Assembly: GCA_000165345.1 (NCBI GenBank)
Contig: CM000435.1
Location: forward strand, 1 to 64,000
DNA: 64,000 bases
Direction: 5' to 3'
Under the pieces are notes generated by a model. The model ran no database searches, had not been told where the DNA came from, and worked only from the letters and a program-made list of their open reading frames with translations. This document shows positions 38,101-47,136 of the stretch, one piece after another (position 1 is the stretch's first letter; every line of letters begins with the position of its first letter). The position numbers and the translations under genes are program-made.

Positions 38101-38139
38101 TTTAATCAAGACAACTCCAGTGGAATTGAACTATTGTAG
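35119..38139 (+). CDS. Sortilin / VPS10-domain sorting receptor (type I membrane protein)
   Basis: Signal peptide; BNR/Asp-box motifs (YRSTNRGKNW, SRDGGLTWQEV, SWNEGLSWYDF), Cys-rich 10CC module, single TM (IVLVIALFIIIFML) and Asn-rich cytoplasmic tail. Confidence 0.8.
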   Translation: MKLRIAAFKVLVVVKLLSILGFGTNYGLVNADKKVSVSEIVFESPIETLEWAGTDHNVVIAKTQKGHVYRSTNRGKNWRDITDVFAKMTSHSSSSSHSNLNGFSVKSITINPVDKNVILIVGSKHTHFISSNAGETFRRISHSGTIHTWIFHPNKAKLALFSSWTEGCNKSFLQTLKKSSSAGNKCIHQLFVTKDLGATYHKVIDYVVQFHWDGNNKSNQNRIFFTHHRKKQGDQPRYGGWMKTIDFSYTDDFGSHIETPVKGGNKFLASNGYIFVARILDYERQTVSLLVSTNDANSFTQVQLPHTLTEKSYTILDTSEKTVMLHVNHGEDSLKGTGNIYISNYLGTRFALSLLNNVRTATGECEFDRVMSLEGVYIANVKDDELENDLDHISTTLHEFTESETEDEDVETLKTEHKTKIGKVDQPVRTVITFDKGGEWNYLKAPTIDSRGNRINCDESDGCYLHLHGVSNYQSLAPFYSVENAVGIILGTGNVGSYLSFDHDDINTYMSRDGGLTWQEVHKGAFIYELGDFGGLIVMANDLKHTNQVIFSWNEGLSWYDFELGSKTLQVDNILIEPNSSSMEFLLYGSRGKSGVLYHLDFNTLGQVQCVGATTPDRPDSDYETWSPYDGRNSEKCMLGKQLVYTRKKQTAECYNGQDFRRPVEKKRCACSEEDFTCEFGFSRQIGSFECRPESLDIVFDDVKFGQCTSSGIFYVTAYRKLPGDDCIGGWLPPPVAIPCPSHAPTSSHARIVLVIALFIIIFMLKQGMFGDWTRFGELGYDAYRNVQYKVLGVAKRRSSSLQGILSAISAYINGDSSKVVFGSSNIPGSPPGTKKNNYTTLNNFNTDNMFMEDDEDEDDHAIGNMTKISGNINNIKSNNYNSRIGSGSNLSQRQRSNSNNYISAGQDNVSVDPIFDDLDVFEEDLDSHAIFNQNNGLGNLNPNHDIISSEAPISFDNFNPTELEINLSSIPNTSFPKITPPPTNNNKSNIGNNFNQDNSSGIELL

Positions 38140-38544
38140 TTTTTAGTGGGCATTATTATATTCCACCTTTTTTCATTAAATTAATTGTCAAGCATGTAAT
38201 CTTTTTTAACAAAAGATTGTTTACTATAAATGCTCACTACGTTTTGATTTCTTACCGCCATCCACACTGCATAAAATTAATGTTACGGTACTTGGATGAT
38301 TTCATACATTTATTTCTCGCTAAAACAAGAGCAAACCTATAAATTGTTTTAATTTAATTATTGAAAACTGACATTAATATATTAGTTATTCAGTTAATGA
38401 TAAGTAATAGAACTAAAATTCACTAATACTTACTAAGTTTATTGCTAGAGTCAATTAGTTGACAAAGGAGCTTAGTTTCGTCTAATATTAAATTTTTGAA
38501 CTCTTAATATTATCCGAATTTTATGAAAGGACGAATAGGATTGG

Positions 38545-39650
38545 CTATACCTTTGTGGTGATTTTTTTAATTACTGTCTTGTACTTGTCTGTGTTTCTCT
38601 TTAAAATATCTTCAATAGGGCCTAAAACTCTTTTGAATGCCTTTCTGTCAAGATAAGCAACTTTACATCTTCCTCGTGCCTTAACTGTAGCAGCTCTCGG
38701 CGCGTTTCTTAATAAAGCCAGTTCTCCAAAATAATCACCTCTCTTGTAGCTCATCACTTCAACGTTGTCTTTAAGAGCTACAGCATTACCTGTAATGATT
38801 AAGTAAAATGTATCTCCCTGTTCTCCTTGCTTGATGATTTCTTGTCCATCCTCAAAGATTGAACTCTTTAAGACCATAGTTAACTTGTTCAATTCATAAA
38901 CATCCATAGTCTTAAGTATTTCAACTTCTTTAAGGAAGGTTTCGTAAGTACTAATTCTCTTTGATGCTGAACCCTTAACTATGTGATTAAATGTTTCTCT
39001 ATCTAAGGCCCATAACAAACAATCAGTTTTTGCAACAACGCTTGCTGCTCTTGGGCAGTTATACAAAAGAGCTAGTTCTCCAAATGCATCTCCAGGGTTT
39101 AGGTCGCAAAGATGTTTCCTTGGCTCAGTACTAGTTTTTTTGTAGCACTCCACTACTCCTTGATCTATTATATATAATTTATCTCCATTATCGCCTTGAG
39201 TTATAATTTCAGTGTCCTTCTTTACTGAAGTTTCCACGCAAGCTAAAATTACTGTTTTCAATTCATCATCATCTAAACTCGTAAACATAAAGCTTTCTAA
39301 CAGCTTTTCACGAATACGCTTTTCCTGCTCCTTTGTTTTTGGGTAGCTTGGAGGAGTAAAATCCTTCATCTTGTTCCATGCACCATAAGCTTCAGCGCTC
39401 ACACTTGTTCTGGGCCCTCTGGCTAAGAAGTTCTTTGGTATTTCAATATTATCTCTTACATCATCACTATCCGATTCACTTTCTGATCCCGAAGATGTTC
39501 CGCTAGTCTTTTTCCTTTTATCCTCCTTCCCAGAGGACTTCTTTGGATGTACTGCATCCACACTGGAAGCACTATAAAAATTTTAAAAATTAATAATTTA
39601 CATTTATTATACGTAGATATTCTTACTTACCATGGACATATAAACCCCAT
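38545..39650 (-). CDS. PKAr: cAMP-dependent protein kinase regulatory subunit, 2 exons: join(39631..39650, 38545..39571); exon 1 encodes MGFICP(C) dual-acylation motif
   Basis: Two cNMP-binding domains (GDAFGELALLYNCPRAASVVA; GDYFGELALLRNAPRAATVKA), pseudosubstrate RGPRTSV; main ORF begins with GTG; upstream ATGGGGTTTATATGTCCATG|GTAAGT ... TTTTTATAG|T splices in frame (59-nt intron 39572..39630). Confidence 0.8.
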
Positions 39651-40571
39651 TTTCGCTCTTTATGTTTATAGTAAATACTATCTATAAATATATTTTAATA
39701 TATATAATTTATTAATTCTGAATCCGCTATTGTCCTTCCTACTATGATACTCTCAGTAGAGTCTCGTTCGGATTACTACCGTTTCTCCTTACCCTCTTAT
39801 ATTCTTAAGAATTGTTTTCTATTGGGAATTCCAAACCTGTGCATTTTACATTCCGTATATTTACAATTGCGTACAACTTTTTAGTACTATGCGTATGATG
39901 ACGTGTCTTTTTTGAAGAAAAATTTATATGTAAATCCAAAAATAGCGAGACAACAATTAAGACCTACAGTTTCATTTTTAGGAATCTGCTTGTTTTTTTA
40001 CTAAATTATTCAAATCTAATTTTAAATTTCTGATATCTTGTCGTATTGCAAATTTCTTGCTTGCATGTAAATCCTGCATGCATAGTGATTTCTACATACC
40101 GGCATCAATCTAAAAGCGTAGGAAGAGAGGGGCAAAAAAAAAAGGCAGATTTGAGTTATTATGTATTAAATGTCCAGTACAATAACAACCTTGGGACTTC
40201 AGCTGATACTAACACCTGTATTAAGACAACACATATAATGTATAGAGGTCTTTGATACAGTCAATTTTTGAGTAATAGCCTCAAAATCCCGAGATATGAA
40301 TTGTTCATCTCAACTAAACTAGCTGAAAACCTATGTTTTTAAGTCTAACTAAGATCTGACTTTAGTGTCCTTCAATTATACAGAATTTAAAACTTGATAA
40401 GTAGCATCTGTAGCGGCATGCCAATAAACCATCACCTTATATTACGTTGTTATCTACATGGTAGTCTTCGTATGCATTCACAAACATTCTATATAAGAGA
40501 TCAAGCACTCCCATGAATATTTGTTCACAAAACAAGGAAACCGAGTAGAAACAATCGTATTGGGTAACGAT

Positions 40572-41361
40572 TTACAAACGACGACCACGTCTACCACCTT
40601 TTCTTCTGGTGCTATCAGTTGGAATTGGAGTAACATCCTCGATACGGCCAATCTTCATTCCAGCACGAGCTAAAGCTCTAAGAGCTGATTGAGCTCCCGG
40701 ACCCATTGTCTTTGACTTGACTCCACCAACAGCTCTGAGCTTAATATGTAAAGCATGAATTCCGAATTCCTTGCATTTTTGAGCAACATCAACAGCTGCC
40801 ATCATAGCTGCATATGGAGAGTTTTCATCACGATCTGCTTTAACCTTCATTCCACCAGTAACTCTTACGATGGTTTCTCTTCCTGACAAGTCAGTTACGT
40901 GAATGAATGTATCATTGAAAGAGGCGAATATATGAGCCACAGCGAAGTTTGTTTGTCCCTCACGAACCTAAATAAATTTTAAAAAATCAGTTATTCATGT
41001 TCAAATTATACCATCAATATTATAGAGTTTCGTCCAGAATGACCTAGTTCGATGATCTAAGCAAATAATCCCTGATCATATATATATTACTTTAGTATCG
41101 CAAAAACCAGTAAAGTGACGGATTATTTTGATACTTTTGTTTAAGTACAGAGAGTGATATCTCATTTGTACAAAGACAGAAAATTTTAGGGACTTGCATT
41201 TAATTGCCTAGTCATTAAACTATAGAATTGAAAACAGAATTAAAAAAAAACTCTGACTCAATTCATAGTCATAACATCTATATACACTCCACTCCAATAT
41301 AACAACTTACCTGCTGGAATGGGACATCAGCAACTTGAGTTTCCTTCTTCTTTGGAGCCAT
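40572..41361 (-). CDS. RPS14: 40S ribosomal protein S14 (uS11), 2 exons: join(41311..41361, 40572..40967), 343-nt intron
   Basis: Exon 1 [17 protein letters not shown]|GTAAGT; exon 2 [33 protein letters not shown]...[11 protein letters not shown], near-identical to eukaryotic RPS14. Confidence 0.9.
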
Positions 41362-41780
41362 TTTACCGTTGATTATCTCAAATTTCAGCTATTATGAGAA
41401 AAATTAATGTTGCAATTTGCTTAATTACAACTGGTAACGAATTATCGATGTTTCCTTATTTTGCTTTTTTTTCGGAGACAGACTTATTTTAACAGGCGCC
41501 AATTTTAATATTATTAATATTAATAATTATTAGACAGGCCAAATATAACTTCTGTCCGCATTATTACATTAATTTTTATGTCAAAAGTTATAATAAATCA
41601 GCGCCAATCTTTTCCTAATATGACCTTAAAATTCACTTTTGAAGACGTATCATTTATTTATTATAGAATATATTGGGGCCTAGACGGGAAAAATGGTAAA
41701 GCAAATGTAGCTATAGTATAGAGGCATGAAAAAACTGAGAAAATTTATTACAAGTATTTAAAAAATGTTAAGAGATCTAA

Positions 41781-42794
41781 TTAGTTATTTTTGTGTGTTT
41801 TGTCATTAAATATAAATTTTGAAAGTTTGTATACCAAATTTAATCTAGAAAACACTTTATATACTATTAATGTCAATGTAATACTTAATAAGATGGATCC
41901 AATTATTTGGAAGAATAGTATTGGGAGCCCAAATTTGAAATATTCGAGTTCTAGGAACATTTAATTAGTGACCGTGATACCCCTTGACATTGGTTTTAGA
42001 ACTTACCTATATTTAGCAAGATGTTCTTAGATTGTATTTGCTTATCATAAGATACATTCTTTAACTTTGCGACCACTTTAAAAGTCACAAATTGTTGACC
42101 TTGTTGGTCATAACTTAGAAATTTTTGCTATTATTGTTAATTAGTTTTTGTATTTAAAATATAAAAACTTACTTTTTGGCTGTTAAGTAATTCATTATTT
42201 GTGAAAACTAGAGAACTTGGAAGTACTTTATCAAGTATTTTATCTAAAAAACTTTGAGATATATTATATTCTGAAGTTCATTAATTTGAAAATAATTTAT
42301 TAATTTTGTATTTTGCTATATAAACTCACTTTCTTCAGAAATTAATGGGATTATATTAAATTCTCCTTGAGGATCCTATAATATTTGTGAATTCTCTCAT
42401 TTCAAAACAAATTAACCATCTCCACTCGAGAACTTACTGGCCCAGCAGAAAAGCATTCAAATTGGTATCTTCCATCAATGAGATCTTTCTTATTCACATT
42501 TATTATTAATGGATAATCTTATATTCAAGAATGAATTGTCAAGTTACACAATAATTGATCAATATTACTTACTTATATTCATTTTAATGCCATAATATGG
42601 CTTTCCTGGCAAAATTATAATATTATTCTCCATACCAGACTTAGAAAAGAAACCCAGTAATTATCATGTTTAACAATTAATGTTTTGTCTTATTATTATC
42701 TTACCTTGTCCAATGGCCTTTCAGACTTGGAAAATAAGACCAAAAAGGTGCTAATTAAGAATAGGTAAGCAGAGAACCTGCTTATAACTTTCAT
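41781..42794 (-). CDS. Unlisted 7-exon gene (223 aa): signal peptide, C-terminal TM helix; join(42705..42794, 42573..42639, 42438..42517, 42330..42375, 42173..42270, 42007..42127, 41781..41950)
   Basis: All donors GTAAGT/GTGAGT/GTAAGA, all acceptors Y-rich+AG, introns 45-65 nt, phases consistent; reading frame open across 672 nt; exon 1 MKVISRFSAYLFLISTFLVLFSKSE; C-terminus ...FGLPILFFQIIGSILLSITLTLIVYKVF... Confidence 0.6.
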
Positions 42795-43046
42795 TATGAA
42801 ATCCTAATTTAACTTTGGTTACTTTTTTGTATCTATTCTTCAGGTATATATTATTCCAATTTTTTTGTGTGGCTATAATTTGTGTGTTTTCCTAACAAAT
42901 ATACCGTTATAGGGGGAAAAAAAATACCGGTATTTAATCAATTGTGTGAAACCGAAATTTTTTTTATTTAAATATATTTTTAACCCAAATCAATCGAAAA
43001 AATTAAATATATAGGAAATCCAACAGGTAAAAAAATTCACTATGAA

Positions 43047-44843
43047 ATGCGTCCATCTCTACTTTTGGGGAGTTCTGTGAGAAGAAAAAATTGCATAAAA
43101 AACTACTTGGTATCCTCAGATACTGAAATTGAAGATGAAAATAATAACATAAATACTCCTGTAAAAAATCTAACTATAAAGTTAAAAGAGGAGCACTATT
43201 ATAGTGATAATTCAAACATTAATGAATGCTCCTCAAGACCATCAATAAGCTTAGCAACATCTGTTAGAAGAAAAGTGTATCACATAGACTCCAGCGAAGA
43301 TAGCTATACAGAAGACGTAAACTTAAGCTATTTAAACAGTAATCCAAGTACTTTTACATCTGATATACTGGAAAATCTCCATGAGTCCCCAACTCAGCCT
43401 TGTATTCACTATAAAAGTGAATTTGAGCCAAATAACAATCCCTCTTCTAATTACTCAAGTATTGGAAGTAGAAGGAGAAACTGTATATTTAGTAGCGAAG
43501 AAGAAGATATTATCCCGTTATCTTCGAGGCCTTCAATTAAATATCAGTCTTCAGTTAGAAGGAAAAACAATTCAAGAAAAATTTTTACAATAATTGATTC
43601 AGATTCTGAAGATGAGTTAAGCAATAATGCAGCAAGCAAAAGATCGTCTTTTTGTCTAGGCCCAGAACTAATCTGTGAGCCAAATATTCTCAACTGTACA
43701 CCAGAACAACACAATATCTGGAGGTCATTTGACTCTGATTTAGAAATAGATGAAACAAATGTTTCTATAGATACTCTACAAGAATTGGAGTGGAAAACAG
43801 CTATTTCATCTTCAGACTTTGAAGATGAAGAAGTGGAAAGAAAACATCTGACTGGTTATCAGTCTGAGGAAATTGAATATGAAGACAAAACTGGAGAATA
43901 TCAAAATACTCCCAGAATGGATGAAAAAGAAGTATTACCAGAAAAATATAGTTTATTTAGTGATGAAGATATAGAAGATCAAAAGTCTGATTTGGAGGAG
44001 ATCAAGGAAAATGTTAGCTCAAAAGATCTGAACTCTAATCAAGTGACAAACTTGACAAAAGAAATCCCCTTGAAAAATAAATCCGAAAAATTTGGAGCAT
44101 TCATAAGACAAAGATCATCAATTGCAAAATATTGGTACCAAAAGTTTAATAAGCAAGTTTTCCATAATAGGCTTCCAGAGGAAGTTCCAATTAAATGGAC
44201 AGGAAGGCTTCAAAGAACAGCAGCTCAAACACTTTTTATTACTAATATAGATGGTTCTAAAAGAGTGGTAATTAAGCTTTCAAAGTATGTTTTGGATTGT
44301 GAATTCAGATTAAAGAAAACACTGTTACATGAATGTTGTCATGTAGCTCAATTTTTATTAGATTCTTGTATTAGGCCTCCTCATGGACAAATATTTATGA
44401 AATGGGGAAAAGTAGCTACAAAAGTGTTTCCTGACTTAAAAGTTGAAATATACCATAATTATGAAATAATATACAAATACAGATATCAATGTTTAAGATG
44501 TTTTCAGATGTTTGGAAGACAAACCAAAATAAATGATGAAACCAAGATTGTTTGTTCAGTCTGTAATGGTACAGTAATATTTATTGGAAGAGGAACTTTA
44601 AGCAATAGTAGGAAGGAATTTCAAGTAAAAGCACAGAACCCTCCAAATACACAGAAGAGTAAATCCAACCCTTACTCTGAGTTTGTAAAGGAGAAGTTTG
44701 CAGAGTTCAAGAAGGATATTAGGGATGGCAGAACCCCCTCCAGAAGAGCTCCAAGCATAATGAAAGAAATTGCAAAGCTTTGGAAACAAAAAAAGTCTGA
44801 AGATTTGATTCAAGACTTCGAAAAGCTTTCCATAAACAATTAG
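43047..44843 (+). CDS. SprT-like zinc metalloprotease with C2C2 zinc finger and C-terminal HMG box, preceded by acidic Ser-rich disordered region with 3 SVRRK repeats (GCNA/ACRC-like architecture)
   Basis: HECCH (HExxH) in SprT-like fold; CLRC...CSVC; HMG-like NPYSEFVKEKFAEFKKDIRDGRTPSRRAPSIMKEIAKLWKQ. Confidence 0.65.
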   Translation: MRPSLLLGSSVRRKNCIKNYLVSSDTEIEDENNNINTPVKNLTIKLKEEHYYSDNSNINECSSRPSISLATSVRRKVYHIDSSEDSYTEDVNLSYLNSNPSTFTSDILENLHESPTQPCIHYKSEFEPNNNPSSNYSSIGSRRRNCIFSSEEEDIIPLSSRPSIKYQSSVRRKNNSRKIFTIIDSDSEDELSNNAASKRSSFCLGPELICEPNILNCTPEQHNIWRSFDSDLEIDETNVSIDTLQELEWKTAISSSDFEDEEVERKHLTGYQSEEIEYEDKTGEYQNTPRMDEKEVLPEKYSLFSDEDIEDQKSDLEEIKENVSSKDLNSNQVTNLTKEIPLKNKSEKFGAFIRQRSSIAKYWYQKFNKQVFHNRLPEEVPIKWTGRLQRTAAQTLFITNIDGSKRVVIKLSKYVLDCEFRLKKTLLHECCHVAQFLLDSCIRPPHGQIFMKWGKVATKVFPDLKVEIYHNYEIIYKYRYQCLRCFQMFGRQTKINDETKIVCSVCNGTVIFIGRGTLSNSRKEFQVKAQNPPNTQKSKSNPYSEFVKEKFAEFKKDIRDGRTPSRRAPSIMKEIAKLWKQKKSEDLIQDFEKLSINN

Positions 44844-44865
44844 AATATTGAAGTAATATATAGAT

Positions 44866-45528
44866 CTATTTATCAGCTTGTTTCATACTAGTTTTACATT
44901 GTTCTCTTATTCTATTGATTTTTACTAACCTATATTTATAAATCAATGAGTTTATTACGAATAAACAAATTAGTATCAAATCAATTATTAACGAGTATTT
45001 TACATATTTATAAAATGTATATTTGTATCTTATAATATTTCCGATGCTATTCATATGATAAGCTCCAATATAAGCTGAGTTAATCATATTTTTGTTATTG
45101 TTGATAGGTATCGAATTTTCAAAGAATTTTCTTGAATCGTATTTCAATTCAGTTATTACAAAATCTGCCAAGCTTTGTATCATACTTGTACATACATCCA
45201 TTTTAATCCAGTAATCTTCTTTTTGGAGCTTTTTACCAAACAATGTCCCGAAGCTTTGTATTCTACAATTTATTCCAATAGAATTAGGAAGTTCTTGTAA
45301 TGCATTACTACTTAAATAGTTCGGTCCATACCTCAGCTCCCCTAACATGCTACATCCATCCATACACTCAGTATTATGCTGAGTCCAGTAATTTAATCTG
45401 CAATTCTCCAATGAAATATCATTTTTCTCAGAAATTGAATTTGGTACTATATCAAAGTTAAGCAACCATCCATATATTATTTCAAATAATAAAATATATA
45501 TTAGAAGGCAATATTTAACCTTTTTCAT
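44866..45528 (-). CDS. Hypothetical secreted/membrane protein (signal peptide, Cys-containing ectodomain, C-terminal TM)
   Basis: 220-aa ORF; N-terminal hydrophobic signal; TGCATGCATGCA box ~85 bp upstream. Confidence 0.6.
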   Translation of the reverse strand: MKKVKYCLLIYILLFEIIYGWLLNFDIVPNSISEKNDISLENCRLNYWTQHNTECMDGCSMLGELRYGPNYLSSNALQELPNSIGINCRIQSFGTLFGKKLQKEDYWIKMDVCTSMIQSLADFVITELKYDSRKFFENSIPINNNKNMINSAYIGAYHMNSIGNIIRYKYTFYKYVKYSLIIDLILICLFVINSLIYKYRLVKINRIREQCKTSMKQADK

Positions 45529-45610
45529 TTCTATTTTATTTTGTTCATTTATTATTTTTTTACTCCTATTTATAAGGCTTAAAATATTTCACAATTTACA
45601 TGTAATTTAA

Positions 45611-45623
45611 ATGCATGCATGCA
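45611..45623. promoter_or_regulatory. AP2-type TGCATGCA box (tandem ATGCATGCATGCA) upstream of 220-aa secreted-protein gene
   Basis: Motif also at 26544, 40076, 60527, 60597 in other upstream regions. Confidence 0.4.
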
Positions 45624-45715
45624 GTTTTACTAATAGAAACAAAGAATTACATAAAACAAATGCTTTATAATAAATTAATTAACTCTAATAAGTTAAAAAT
45701 ATAATAAAATTAACC

Positions 45716-46695
45716 TCAGAACTCAACAGGAATAGTTTTATATACACACGAGTATGCTGGAGAATTTGACCTTTCTACTTTCTTTGCTTCTTCCGTGCTT
45801 GTTTTGATTGCAGTTACACAAGGATCTGAACTTAATTCATCATCTGGAATTCTCTCAAACAACGTCTTATAGGTATCCATCACCTTAACTGCCCAAACAT
45901 AATAGTCATATACATCGGTTACTATATAAATCAATCCTCCCTCTTGTAATAAGTACCAATACAAAGGAACAGTTGAGTAACTAATACAGTGAAAAAAAGG
46001 AATTAAGAGTTAAGTTAAAATATATATATGTATATATTTAATATTAAAACTGCAAAAAGGTCCAAACTTACCTCACAATTCTTCTTCTCCAGTTTCTTTT
46101 TTTGAAATGTGGATCTGGGAAACAAATAAAAATCATTTCTAACTGATGTTTTGTAATGTAATTTGGTAAATATTTCATTGCATTCGTTTTAACTACACTG
46201 ATATTCTTTCCAGTACCATTTTGTTGCATTGAAAGTATTCTTTCCCCTACGTAATTAGTTACTTTCTCTCTAATCTCTAACCCTAATGCAAGCTTGTCTT
46301 TAAAATGCTCGCTCAACCAAACTAGTAATCCTCCATATCCACATCCAATATCTAATATCTTTAAATGTTTCGAAATTGCTACACTTTTTTCACTTAAAAT
46401 TTTGTTTTCACTGTATTTTATGGGGTACTTCTTAGTATTTAGATGAAGCTCCTTTTTAAATCCTTCCTGATCAGAATAATAATTTGGATAATGTAATTCC
46501 CAGTCAATGTAATCTGGACTTAATGGGTGTATCATAAAATTGTCAGCCAATGGATTACAGTGCTACAAATGTAATTATTTGGTTCATTTTTGATCATTTT
46601 AATTAGTCTTTAATATAAAATAAACTTACTGCTCGTTGTCTATAATACTTTTTTTGAGGATGTTTAACTACTTGATCATGTTCGTGGTCTTGCAT
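45716..46695 (-). CDS. TRM8: tRNA (guanine-N7)-methyltransferase (Trm8/METTL1), 3 exons: join(46630..46695, 46072..46562, 45716..45980)
   Basis: Exon 1 MQDHEHDQVVKHPQKKYYRQRA|GTAAGT (67-nt intron) + HCNPLADNFMIHPLSPDYIDW... ILDIGCGYGGLLVWLS...GLEIR; 91-nt intron (46071..45981) joins ...RRRIV|S to YSTVPLYWYLLQEGGLIYIVTDV (conserved Trm8 C-terminus). Confidence 0.85.
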
Positions 46696-47080
46696 AATTA
46701 AAATACAAATTGATTTCCTTTCTATTTCAACTTTTTTTTGTATTCAATAGTAGTCTTTGTAACTTGTAATATCCTATAAAAATTAACACTTAAAAATACT
46801 CTAATTTGTGTTTAATAAATTTATTAACTTTTCTTTAAAAGAATTTTTTTCTTTATTTCAACCTATTCGATACCGTCTATACCGGTAATGATAAACAATT
46901 ACCGGTGTGCAAAAGAGATCTAAAAATGAAAAAAATAATATTTCTGAATAAACAGTAGATTTATTTTAGTATAAATATCTTTCATTTACCAATTAACTTA
47001 TCTTTTGTCCCACTATTCATAAATTCAAGTAGTAAATCCTTTTTACCAAGCTTTTTTAATTCTCAAATTGACCTTTATGA

Positions 47081-47090
47081 TTTGGCGCCA
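47081..47090. promoter_or_regulatory. E2F/DP-like box TTTGGCGCCA between divergent TRM8 and WD40 genes
   Basis: Same decamer as at 28603. Confidence 0.5.
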
Positions 47091-47136
47091 CTACTTTTTT
47101 GACTTAATATCAGTAATACTTGGAGTTTAGGAAAAA

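Noticed and set aside
40046-40255. 69-aa ORF between PKA-R and RPS14
   Set aside because: It is intergenic (overlaps the AP2-like promoter boxes of PKA-R), with no splice signals or conservation cues. Likely spurious.
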